Origin: an uncultured Bacteroides sp.
GTDB lineage: Bacteria > Bacteroidota > Bacteroidia > Bacteroidales > GCA-2748055
Assembly: GCA_964453785.1 (NCBI GenBank)
Contig: CAYVRK010000010.1
Span: forward strand, 1,117-65,116
Direction of reading: 5' to 3'
Length of the DNA: 64,000 nt
The position numbers and the translations under genes were made by a program. The stretch's first letter is position 1; every line of letters starts with the position of its first letter. Under the pieces are notes generated by a model that was given only the letters and a program-made list of their open reading frames with translations, was not told the DNA's origin and made no database searches. This document shows positions 9,952 through 18,899 of this stretch, piece by piece.

Positions 9952-11244
9952 TTATATACCCTGTTCTTCTGCAGGAGATGTTACGGGACCAGATTCATAT
10001 CTGTTTGCCCTCCTGACCACCCTTCTGGCCACTGGTATAGATAAGAGTTGTATTGCTGCAATAATAATAAGTGAGTATTTCAGGGCAAAGGATTCGGAGA
10101 CATACGTAATGAGAAAAATGAAAAGCCCAAGACCCAAAAATCTGCCTATATAAAGTCCGAATTCGTGATTGAAAATATAGGCGAACTGATTTCTTTTCTC
10201 CTTGTACGAGAGTACATCAATAACCTTCATCTGTATTGGAAAGTATGCGATGTCGTGCAATGGTTGAAACATCACTTTACAGATCACAAATACGATGACA
10301 CCGGTTGCCGAGAACAGGACTCCGTTAACAAGCGTTCCGATAAAGAAAACGACCAGGCCGGCGGAGAAAATATAGATTCTGTGCTTTGGTTTGGATGTCC
10401 TTCCAAGTATATACAGAATGATGGCCGACAGTACGCCCGAAAGGCTTTGAATATTGCCCAAAGAGCCCTCATCGCCTACCAATCGCATGATCAGAATGGC
10501 TGGTGACGTAACCAGGTATCCCTGTGCCAATCCTTTTAGTGAAGAGAGGAACAACATTCTGCTCCAGAGTTTGTCAAACCTGAAAAAGACAAACCTCTTC
10601 TGCGTAGGATTCCTGAATTTCTCCTTGTGAATGATATAACTTGAAAAAATGGTGAGAAGGAATACGATGAAGGTCACTATTTTATAGGCATTACCGATAT
10701 TGCCAATCCACTTCCATCGACCCGAACTAATTAGAAACCATCCAATGGTTACCGGGACCAGGATTGTGGTAACGGTATAGAAAAAAGTTTCCAGGCCATA
10801 ATAGTAATTCCGGTTGCTATCGTTGGTGGTATTCAGTGCAAGGAAATCGCGATTTGCCCAGAAAAAACCAAATGAAGAACCCATGATAAGACCTGAAAAT
10901 GCAACGCCCGGGGCATCAACCTCTCCCAGGGTCATCATAAATACCATCGAGATACCACTCAACAGCATGCCAAAACTATAGAGGTGAGCTATTTTTATCT
11001 TATTCAGAAGGAAGCCATTGATCAAAAAAGTGATTGGAATGCCGGTATAAACCGATAGCTGATAGATGGCCACCAGTCTGGGCTCATCCGATGTGCGCAT
11101 GATGTAAGCGCCTACGAACAGATCGATGACAGGTAGTACAAATGCATAGATAATATTGGTGATCAGCAGCACCCTCATTCCCCGGGGCATGCTGAGGAAG
11201 AAATCGTATTCGATTTTTGGCTTTTTCAGGATCGAAAATTTCAT
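9952..11244 (-). CDS. MFS-type transporter (probable oligosaccharide importer of the PUL)
   Basis: 430 aa with about 12 hydrophobic helices. Its ATG overlaps the GH130 stop (ATGA at 11244..11241), which suggests translational coupling. Confidence 0.8.
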   Translation of the reverse strand: MKFSILKKPKIEYDFFLSMPRGMRVLLITNIIYAFVLPVIDLFVGAYIMRTSDEPRLVAIYQLSVYTGIPITFLINGFLLNKIKIAHLYSFGMLLSGISMVFMMTLGEVDAPGVAFSGLIMGSSFGFFWANRDFLALNTTNDSNRNYYYGLETFFYTVTTILVPVTIGWFLISSGRWKWIGNIGNAYKIVTFIVFLLTIFSSYIIHKEKFRNPTQKRFVFFRFDKLWSRMLFLSSLKGLAQGYLVTSPAILIMRLVGDEGSLGNIQSLSGVLSAIILYILGRTSKPKHRIYIFSAGLVVFFIGTLVNGVLFSATGVIVFVICKVMFQPLHDIAYFPIQMKVIDVLSYKEKRNQFAYIFNHEFGLYIGRFLGLGLFIFLITYVSESFALKYSLIIIAAIQLLSIPVARRVVRRANRYESGPVTSPAEEQGI

Positions 11245-12290
11245 TTGCTAATTTTAAGTGAAGCCAGAATTTCTTTCACAGAGAACTCTGCCATGCAAAT
11301 GACTTCGTCGCTTGCCCCGTAGTAAATAGTGATGGTATCTCCATCAACAAGTTGTCCGTTGGTAAAGATCACCTTTCCAAAAAAGCCGTTTCGTTCGTAT
11401 TCTTCTGTTGGTTCCATAATGGGTTCCTCGCTTCGGGAAAGGACCAATGAGGGATTATTGAGATCAAGAAGCAAGGCTCCCAGGCAATACCTGTGGTCAC
11501 TGTCTGCACCATGATATATTTCAAGCCAACCTTCAGAAGTTCTTATGGGAGCCGCGCCGGCGCCAATCCTGGCACTATCCCAGGATTGATCCCTTGTGGT
11601 GGCAATACATTGATGATCGCCCCAATGAATAAGGTCATTGGATTGGGAAATCCAGATATAATTACCACCAAGTTCAGGACTGCTGGGCCTGTGAAGCGCA
11701 TAATACCTGTTGTTTAGCTTCTCCCCGAAAATGGCACAATCCTTATTATGAGGAGGGAAAATCATTCCACGCCGATCAAATTGTTTCCAATTCCGCGTAA
11801 ACATGTAACCCACACCCACCCCCTGGGGCGAAACTTTTGTATAGGTAAGGTGATAGGATTTGCCTATGGTGGTTACGCGACAATCTTCGATTCCAAATGA
11901 CTCCTGGGGACCCTCTCCAAATATCGGAGCATGGTCCCGGGATTCCTTAAAATGTACTCCATCGTCACTGCATACAAGCCTGAGATGTGACAGGGTTGTA
12001 AGATAGGAGGTGCCTCTGTATTGTATAATGCGTGGATCTGAACTATCAAGATCGGGGTCGTTTGTTCTGAAGCTCAATATTTCCATTTTTCCATTTTTCA
12101 GAACCGGAAAGCTCAACTCTCCATCCTTCTGCTCAGGACGTTCGGCTACCCGAAGCAAAAGCCATGTCTTATTCTCAAATCTGAATACCCCGGGATTTAG
12201 CAGGCACTCTATTTTCATGCCTTCTGTGCTCGGGGAGATGTCTTCCGGATTTAAAATAGGATTGTGTATATTTCTTTTTGAGAGATCCAT
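11241..12290 (-). CDS. GH130-family glycoside phosphorylase/hydrolase (beta-mannoside-type)
   Basis: Motifs NPILNPEDI, FNPGVF-like LNPGVFRFENKTWLLLRVAE, GIEDCRVT, YHLTYT, NKDCAIFGEK, YYALHRP and IYYGASD. The track ORF extends to 12389. I prefer the ATG at 12290 (MDLSKRNIHNPIL) because it gives a typical GH130 N-terminus. Confidence 0.85.
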   Translation of the reverse strand: MDLSKRNIHNPILNPEDISPSTEGMKIECLLNPGVFRFENKTWLLLRVAERPEQKDGELSFPVLKNGKMEILSFRTNDPDLDSSDPRIIQYRGTSYLTTLSHLRLVCSDDGVHFKESRDHAPIFGEGPQESFGIEDCRVTTIGKSYHLTYTKVSPQGVGVGYMFTRNWKQFDRRGMIFPPHNKDCAIFGEKLNNRYYALHRPSSPELGGNYIWISQSNDLIHWGDHQCIATTRDQSWDSARIGAGAAPIRTSEGWLEIYHGADSDHRYCLGALLLDLNNPSLVLSRSEEPIMEPTEEYERNGFFGKVIFTNGQLVDGDTITIYYGASDEVICMAEFSVKEILASLKISK

Positions 12291-12434
12291 GTGTTGTTTC
12301 ACAGATATGGTAAGTTCAAGTACCGACAAATCCACCGGTTTGGCTTCCGGCCTGTGACCAAAGTTGTCCGCCCTGTTCCCAAAATGCATCTCAATATTTA
12401 GTCTGTAATCAATTAAATTGTTGTAACTTACTCT

Positions 12435-12448
12435 GTTGAGTACTCAAC
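12435..12448. promoter_or_regulatory. Perfect 14-bp palindrome GTTGAGTACTCAAC, 23 bp upstream of the HTCS start (candidate operator)
   Basis: Read directly from the sequence. It lies in the divergent GH130/HTCS intergenic region. Confidence 0.25.
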
Positions 12449-12470
12449 TTCTTTTTCTCTAATCCACCAT

Positions 12471-15400
12471 ATGTTCAGACCTGTATATATATTCTCCCTG
12501 CTTTGCCTGCTTGTTTTTTATGTACTGCCCGGAAATACAAATAGCAAATGGATCCCTATGAATCTGAGTAATGAGGAGGGTCTTTCCAACTCTGCTATTA
12601 CCTGTATACTTCAGGATTCGGAAGGCGTGATGTGGTTTGGATCGTGGGACGGACTAAACAGGTATGATGGTACAAACATTACAGTATTCAAACCCGACTA
12701 TTTTGATAAGAGATCAATAAGCAACAATATTATCAGGAATATTCTGGAGGACAAGTACCACAACCTGTGGGTAATAACCAATAAGGATATCGACAGGTAT
12801 CTACCAAACACCCTGTCCTTTGAGTCATACTTTTCAGGAAATGTATATATGCCCGTACGCGAGGTGAACCTGAAGGCATGCATCGGGCCCGATTCCATGC
12901 TCTACGTTTCTCTAATGAGATTCGGACTCTCCTACTACGAACAATCCGGAAATATATTCCGGCAACTGGATCTTACAGGAATATCCGAAGCAGATCACAA
13001 AAATATTATTGGTCTTGCAGGAGGCAGGAATAATAATTTGTACCTGCTGGGATCCGGGGGGAAATTATTTATCTACTCTAAAAATAAGGGGTTTAGGAAG
13101 GAGTATGAATATGATCTTGGAAATTTCGGGGAGCTTAAATTTGAAAGAAATTGGTTTATCCGGGGTGATCAGACTACATATCTTGTTATTAGCATTGAAA
13201 CAGGCGGAGTGTTTATTTTGAACCTGGAGACCCGGGAAGTGAAGAGAATCAGCGAGGGAGATGGTCAATTCAATGTTACTACCGTGAATGAGTCGGGCAC
13301 TGCCAACGAATTCTGGCTGGGTACAGATGATGGTTCTGTATATAGCCTGACATTAAACAATATTCCGGAACTGACTCTCATGAATGAGAAAATGCCTGAC
13401 CTCTCTTCCGATAAAGTAAAAATCTGGACCATCAGGCAGACCAGTGATGATTTGTTGTGGATAGGAACCGATGGTAATGGGGTGTATCGATATATAACGA
13501 AGGGAAAACCTTTTTTCAATATAAAAAAGGGAAGCAGTGAATCCGGTTCTCTCAGCCATAATATCGTGCGATCGGTGTATGGTGATAAGCGTGGGAATTT
13601 ATGGGTGGGTACCAGGGGAGGCGGCCTGAACAAATTACCACCCGGATCAGGAAGCAGGATTTCCTATATGATGGAGAACGGACTGTCAAACAATGCGGTT
13701 CTCGCCCTAAACATGGATAAAAACAACAATTTATGGATTGGAGTTGACGGAGAAGGGATTGATATGCTGGAACAATCGTCCGGAAAAATATTCCATTTTC
13801 CGGGAGATTTTAAAAATGAAGAGAACCTTGATTTTGGAAATGTATATGCAATTTGTATTGATGTTTACGGAAGTTTATGGTTGGGTACAAATGGTTACGG
13901 ATTGGTCAATATGGAAGTTGCCAGGGAAAGTAAAGGTGGATATGTGCTACGAAAATTCCGGCAATTCCGGTACAAGCAGGGGGAGAAGGGTTTAAACAGC
14001 GATATTGTTTATTCCATTGTTGAGGAGGGTCCGAATGTACTCTGGATAGGAACCAGGGGAGGCGGACTTAACCGGCTGAATACCCTGAATTATTCCTTTG
14101 AAATTTTTGGAGTGAGAAAGAATACTGAAAAGGCGTTTATTGATGACGATATACTTTCACTTTGCATGAGCGGCAATCAGAAGTTATGGATTGGCACCAG
14201 CGAGGGATTAAGTGTACTCAACCTGTCGTACAAGCCATACCAGTTTATACACTATACAGAGCGAAACGGCATGCCAAATAATACGGTACACGGCATACTG
14301 GAAGATGCCGAAGGAGAAATCTGGATAAGTACGAACCAGGGGCTTTCAAGGTTAGATGTTTCCCATGGTGTTTTTCTGAACTTCAATAAGAGTGATGGAT
14401 TACAAAATTCAGAATATACTGATGGTGCATATTTTAAAAATCCGGTTTCAAACACACTCTACTTCGGAGGAGTTGAAGGTCTTGATTGGTTCAACCCACA
14501 GGAGATAGAGTCGTCAAATAATTTTCCTCCAATCATTCTGGGTGAGTTTCGGTTAAACAATAGCCTGGTCATGCCCGGAGATTCTACCAGGATATTACAA
14601 AACAATTTAGACAATTCCGGTGAAATTGTTCTGAAGCATAATCAGAATTTTTTTAGTATCTCTTTTACAACACTGAATTATTACAACTCTCATAAATGTC
14701 AATTTTACTACAAATTGGAAGGTTTTTCCAAATCCTGGGTTGAAGCAGGTGATCAAAGAATCGCGGGATTCACCAACGTGCCTCCCGGAAAATATACCCT
14801 GAAAATAAAAGCGACCAACGAAGATGGAATATACGGTCCGGAGATCAAGGAACTTCCGATAATCATTCGTCGACCTTATTGGAAAACAATAGGTGCATAC
14901 CTCGTATATATGGCTCTTGCCGGGTTAATCATCTTCTTATTAATAAAGTTTTTACAACGAAGGACCCAGCTGCGTCGCCAGATTGAAACTGACAAGCTGG
15001 AAAGGGCAAAACTGGATGAGATCAATCAATATAAACTACAGTTCTTCACGGATATAGCTCATGAGTTCAGGACTCCGCTTACACTTATTTTAGCCCCAGC
15101 AGCACTTTTGGAAGAAAAATTGGCCGATAAACGCCGCCTGGGGCTTTATGCCCGATCGATATTTCAAAATGCCAGCAAGTTGCAAAAATTGATCAGTGAG
15201 CTGATTGAATTCAGGAAAGTAGAAACCAGGAACATGAAATTATCCTTACAGAGATATGACCTGGTGAACTATATTTCGAAGCTGGTAAAAGCTTTTGAAG
15301 TCTATGATAAGATCAGTAATGTGAAGCTGATTTTTGTTCACCCAAATGAACCGTTCATCGCATGGATCGATCCTGATAAATTTGAAAGAATTGTCCTCAA

Positions 15401-16622
15401 CCTTTTAAGCAATGCAATAAAGTATACACCTGCGGGAGGCAGTGTAGAAATTGAGCTCATTGAGGAAGAGATCCAATTTCAACTCATTGTGAGGGATACG
15501 GGAATAGGCATTCCCCCGGAACTGCTTGACAAGATTTTCGATCGGTTTTATCACCATGGAAGCAGCAGTCATGATTCGACATTTTTGCAGGAAAGCGGAG
15601 GGGTGGGACTCTCTCTGACCCGGGGACTTGTTGAATTGCATCATGGATCAATCAGTGCAAAAAACCTTCCCTCCGGAGGAAGTGAATTTTGTGTAACCAT
15701 GCCCCGCCCTCAGCAGGGAAATGAGACAGACGAGGCGGAAAATATGCAATACCCCAGCAGCGAAAAAATTGCATTGAAGGTAGACACTGAGTTCCAGAGT
15801 CTGAAGCTGATCGATATCAAAGATGATGATACCAACCGACCGCGTGACAAACGCCAATACTCCGTATTGGTTGTAGACGATAATGTTGAGGTCTGTTCAC
15901 TGGTGGAAAGCATGTTGATTGATACCTATCATATTTTTAAGGCTTACGATGGAAATAGCGCTCTTGATATCCTGAATAAAGAATCCATTGATCTGGTTAT
16001 CAGCGATGTAGTCATGAAGGGTATGGATGGAATAGAATTAACAAGAAGAATTAAAAGTGATATGAATACCAGTCATATTCCATTGATCATGCTTACAGCC
16101 AAAGCAGAAATCGAAGACCGGATAGAGGGTTTGGAGGTAGGAGCTGACTCATATATTCCCAAGCCCTTTCATCCCCGCCATTTGATGATCAGGGTAGAAA
16201 AACTAATTTCCAGAAGGGAACAATTCAGAAAGACATTCAGTGAACTGGACGAGAATATTTCCTACTCAGAGCTGTTGACGGGCCTTACTCCATATGATCA
16301 GAAGATCATGAAGAGCCTGGTTGAATATATCGATGAAAATCTTCAGGTTCCTGATCTCAACGCCAATTCATTGGCACATCATGTTGCCTTGAGCAAAACA
16401 CAGCTCTACAGGAAGATAAAAGCCCTGACCGGTTTAACGCCACATGGACTCATCAACAACCTTCGGTTGAAAAGAGCGGCAAAAGCACTTAAACTCAGCC
16501 AGAAAACTGTTTCTGAAGTCTATTATGAAACGGGATTTAACAGTCGCTCTTATTTTTATCAAACCTTTAAAGATGCCTACGGAGTTCCACCCGGCGATTA
16601 TAAAAATGGAAAATCTGATTGA
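12471..16622 (+). CDS. Hybrid two-component system (HTCS) regulator with periplasmic beta-propeller repeats, Y_Y_Y, HisKA, HATPase, REC and AraC-type HTH
   Basis: 1383 aa. Repeated two-component-regulator propeller motifs (WFGSWDGLNRYDG, LWIGTDGNGVYRY, LWVGTRGGGLNKL, LWIGTRGGGLNRL, IWISTNQGLSRLD). Y_Y_Y (FYYKLEGFSKSW...PGKYTLKIKATNEDG). One TM segment. H-box FFTDIAHEFRTPLT, GGVGLSL, REC (VLVVDDN...VISDVVMKGMDG...LTAK) and a C-terminal AraC HTH (YETGFNSRSYFYQTFKDAYGVPP). Confidence 0.92.
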   Translation: MFRPVYIFSLLCLLVFYVLPGNTNSKWIPMNLSNEEGLSNSAITCILQDSEGVMWFGSWDGLNRYDGTNITVFKPDYFDKRSISNNIIRNILEDKYHNLWVITNKDIDRYLPNTLSFESYFSGNVYMPVREVNLKACIGPDSMLYVSLMRFGLSYYEQSGNIFRQLDLTGISEADHKNIIGLAGGRNNNLYLLGSGGKLFIYSKNKGFRKEYEYDLGNFGELKFERNWFIRGDQTTYLVISIETGGVFILNLETREVKRISEGDGQFNVTTVNESGTANEFWLGTDDGSVYSLTLNNIPELTLMNEKMPDLSSDKVKIWTIRQTSDDLLWIGTDGNGVYRYITKGKPFFNIKKGSSESGSLSHNIVRSVYGDKRGNLWVGTRGGGLNKLPPGSGSRISYMMENGLSNNAVLALNMDKNNNLWIGVDGEGIDMLEQSSGKIFHFPGDFKNEENLDFGNVYAICIDVYGSLWLGTNGYGLVNMEVARESKGGYVLRKFRQFRYKQGEKGLNSDIVYSIVEEGPNVLWIGTRGGGLNRLNTLNYSFEIFGVRKNTEKAFIDDDILSLCMSGNQKLWIGTSEGLSVLNLSYKPYQFIHYTERNGMPNNTVHGILEDAEGEIWISTNQGLSRLDVSHGVFLNFNKSDGLQNSEYTDGAYFKNPVSNTLYFGGVEGLDWFNPQEIESSNNFPPIILGEFRLNNSLVMPGDSTRILQNNLDNSGEIVLKHNQNFFSISFTTLNYYNSHKCQFYYKLEGFSKSWVEAGDQRIAGFTNVPPGKYTLKIKATNEDGIYGPEIKELPIIIRRPYWKTIGAYLVYMALAGLIIFLLIKFLQRRTQLRRQIETDKLERAKLDEINQYKLQFFTDIAHEFRTPLTLILAPAALLEEKLADKRRLGLYARSIFQNASKLQKLISELIEFRKVETRNMKLSLQRYDLVNYISKLVKAFEVYDKISNVKLIFVHPNEPFIAWIDPDKFERIVLNLLSNAIKYTPAGGSVEIELIEEEIQFQLIVRDTGIGIPPELLDKIFDRFYHHGSSSHDSTFLQESGGVGLSLTRGLVELHHGSISAKNLPSGGSEFCVTMPRPQQGNETDEAENMQYPSSEKIALKVDTEFQSLKLIDIKDDDTNRPRDKRQYSVLVVDDNVEVCSLVESMLIDTYHIFKAYDGNSALDILNKESIDLVISDVVMKGMDGIELTRRIKSDMNTSHIPLIMLTAKAEIEDRIEGLEVGADSYIPKPFHPRHLMIRVEKLISRREQFRKTFSELDENISYSELLTGLTPYDQKIMKSLVEYIDENLQVPDLNANSLAHHVALSKTQLYRKIKALTGLTPHGLINNLRLKRAAKALKLSQKTVSEVYYETGFNSRSYFYQTFKDAYGVPPGDYKNGKSD

Positions 16623-16634
16623 TAAGATGTCTTA

Positions 16635-17924
16635 TTAAAATGCCCTGTAGGATAATTGCAAAAGTCTGTTCGCTTCTTGTTCTTTGAATCCAGCTGCATG
16701 ATTGTCCCAATGAAGAGTCTTATAGGGGAAACGGTTTGCTACCACTCCCAATAAAATGGATTCTGTTAACCTGGCGGCATAAGAGAACGGTGCACTGCAT
16801 TGATCCTTGCCTAAACAAGTGTCCACAAACTGATGATAGTGATCGTTCACTTCCAGTTCCGGAAAATCGATCTTTTCATATTTTCCATCGATGATCAATT
16901 TCGGATAATCCCAATGAGGCAACAACAAATTCCCTTTTTCGCCCACAAACAGAGCTCCCTGCTCAGGAAGCTTTTCACTTTCAGGAAGAATAAGATCTTT
17001 ATGTTTCTCAGGGGCCTCAATTCCATCATACCAGACCCATTTTAATTTTTCTGCAGAATATTTTGTTCCGGGGAATGTATACTCAACCTTATTCTTTTCA
17101 GGGTGCGCGAATCCGGTAGGCTTTCTACAGCTTGTTTTTATTGTTTCGGGCACATCTAGTTCCAGAGCAGTATAGGGAGTATCAAAAATATGTACCCCCA
17201 TATCACCCAGCGTGCCACAGCCGTAATCTAATATTTTTCTCCAGTTAACGGGATGATAGATATGATCCTTATATGGCCTTTCCGGCGAGGTTCCTAACCA
17301 GAGGTTCCAGTCCAAATTATTGGGTACCGGATCGCTATCCACTGGCGGAGCCCCGTCAAAGCCCCAGTTCTTATTAGACCATGCATGTACGGTACTCACT
17401 TTCCCAATGAGACCTGACTGGATGATGATAACAGCCTTTCTGTATTCATCACTGGAGTGACATTGAATACCCATCTGGGTAATCAAATTATTTTCCGATG
17501 CTAACTTTCGCATGGCCCTGGCCTCGGAAACATGATGTGTTAAGGGTTTTTCACAATACACAGGCTTACCCAAACCCATTGCCATTAATGAGGCTGGGGC
17601 ATGGGTATGATCGGGGGTGGACACAACCACGGCATCAATGGCATGTCCCAATTCAGTGAGAAGCTTTCTGTAATCTGTAAAAACCTTTGCATTTGGATGC
17701 AATTTTTTGGCTGCCGCCAGGCAATTTGAGTCCACATCACATAAAGCAGTAACCTCAACCATCGGGTGAGAAGCAATAAGGCTCAGGTTTGATTCCCCTT
17801 TGCCTCCCACACCAATGTGTGCCGTTCTCAATTTTCCGTTTTTTACAAGGGCCCAAACGGATGATGGTAAAAAAGTTAAAGAGGCAAATGCCCCGGTACT
17901 CTTCAGAAAATCTCTTCTTTTCAT
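16635..17924 (-). CDS. Tat-exported Gfo/Idh/MocA-family NAD(P)-dependent oxidoreductase
   Basis: Twin-arginine leader MKRRDFLKSTGAFASLTFLPSSVWA. Rossmann-type start LRTAHIGVGGKG. VVVSTPDHTHA and VYCEKPL motifs are typical of the family. Confidence 0.88.
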   Translation of the reverse strand: MKRRDFLKSTGAFASLTFLPSSVWALVKNGKLRTAHIGVGGKGESNLSLIASHPMVEVTALCDVDSNCLAAAKKLHPNAKVFTDYRKLLTELGHAIDAVVVSTPDHTHAPASLMAMGLGKPVYCEKPLTHHVSEARAMRKLASENNLITQMGIQCHSSDEYRKAVIIIQSGLIGKVSTVHAWSNKNWGFDGAPPVDSDPVPNNLDWNLWLGTSPERPYKDHIYHPVNWRKILDYGCGTLGDMGVHIFDTPYTALELDVPETIKTSCRKPTGFAHPEKNKVEYTFPGTKYSAEKLKWVWYDGIEAPEKHKDLILPESEKLPEQGALFVGEKGNLLLPHWDYPKLIIDGKYEKIDFPELEVNDHYHQFVDTCLGKDQCSAPFSYAARLTESILLGVVANRFPYKTLHWDNHAAGFKEQEANRLLQLSYRAF

Positions 17925-17947
17925 TGCACTATTTTTTTGTGGGTGTT

Positions 17948-18637
17948 TTAATTCAATTCCTTAATTGAAATGTTCCTGAACCAAAGCACATACCCGTGTC
18001 CCAGAAAACCAATATGGCCCCCCTTGTTTCCTAAACCCGGGTGGTCTTTCCCATCGATGGTCCTTCCGTTTTTGATATACAATCCAATGTCTCCATCAAG
18101 GATCACAGTACCATTCAAAGTGACCTTGATTTTTGATCCATCGGCAATGACTTCCTGGCTGTTCCACTCCCCTACTGGTTTCAGATAACCCCTTAAGGCC
18201 GGAATAACCCCGTATACCGAACCATGGTACTGGTAACAGTGCAAATCCTTGTATACTTCTGCATCATTATCCAATATCTGAATCTCCATTCCAACATAAG
18301 CCGCATCACCTTTGGTTGGTGTCCTGATTCCCAATCCATTGTTTGCTCCTTCGGTCAGCTTAAACTCGAAGCGGAAAATGAAGTTGTCGTATTGTTCTTT
18401 TGTGTAGAGATTCCCTCCCCCTTCGCCTTTGGAAGGCCTTACAGCCAGGGTCCCATCCTCGATGGCATAAGATTTTGTATCGCCGGTCCAGGAGTCCATG
18501 CTGCTTCCATCAAACAGGACTGTAAAACCCTGTTCCGGTACAAAGGATGGATCTTTCATCTTATTTTCCTGTGCAGTTGAAACCTGAATACAGGTACTCA
18601 GCAAAAAAACCAATTGAATGCTTTTCGGTATAGACAT
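17948..18637 (-). CDS. DUF1080 (3-keto-disaccharide hydrolase-like, concanavalin-type) secreted protein
   Basis: 229 aa with a signal peptide. Family-typical motifs are GFTVLFDGSSMDSW, FIFRFEFKLTEGANNGLGIR, EIQILDN, NGTVILD and the C-terminal GHIGFLGHGYVLWFRNISIKEL. Confidence 0.8.
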   Translation of the reverse strand: MSIPKSIQLVFLLSTCIQVSTAQENKMKDPSFVPEQGFTVLFDGSSMDSWTGDTKSYAIEDGTLAVRPSKGEGGGNLYTKEQYDNFIFRFEFKLTEGANNGLGIRTPTKGDAAYVGMEIQILDNDAEVYKDLHCYQYHGSVYGVIPALRGYLKPVGEWNSQEVIADGSKIKVTLNGTVILDGDIGLYIKNGRTIDGKDHPGLGNKGGHIGFLGHGYVLWFRNISIKELN

Positions 18638-18899
18638 TTATTCTGTTTTTAATAGTGATAAAGATATGAGTTTATCTTTTCAGATAATAGTTGATGCATA
18701 ATATTCAATATTTCTGAGACATGAACTTTGAGTTACATAAAAATAATTCCATACGTTTCCTCAAATCCCAATAGCTACGAACAAGGAAAATGAATCCTCT
18801 TTTTCAGGATGGTCCTGATATCCATGAATTCAGTTTACCAGCAATGCATAGGAGGAATTAGAAATAGGTTTCATATTTTTATCTTTTAACTGTATCTGT

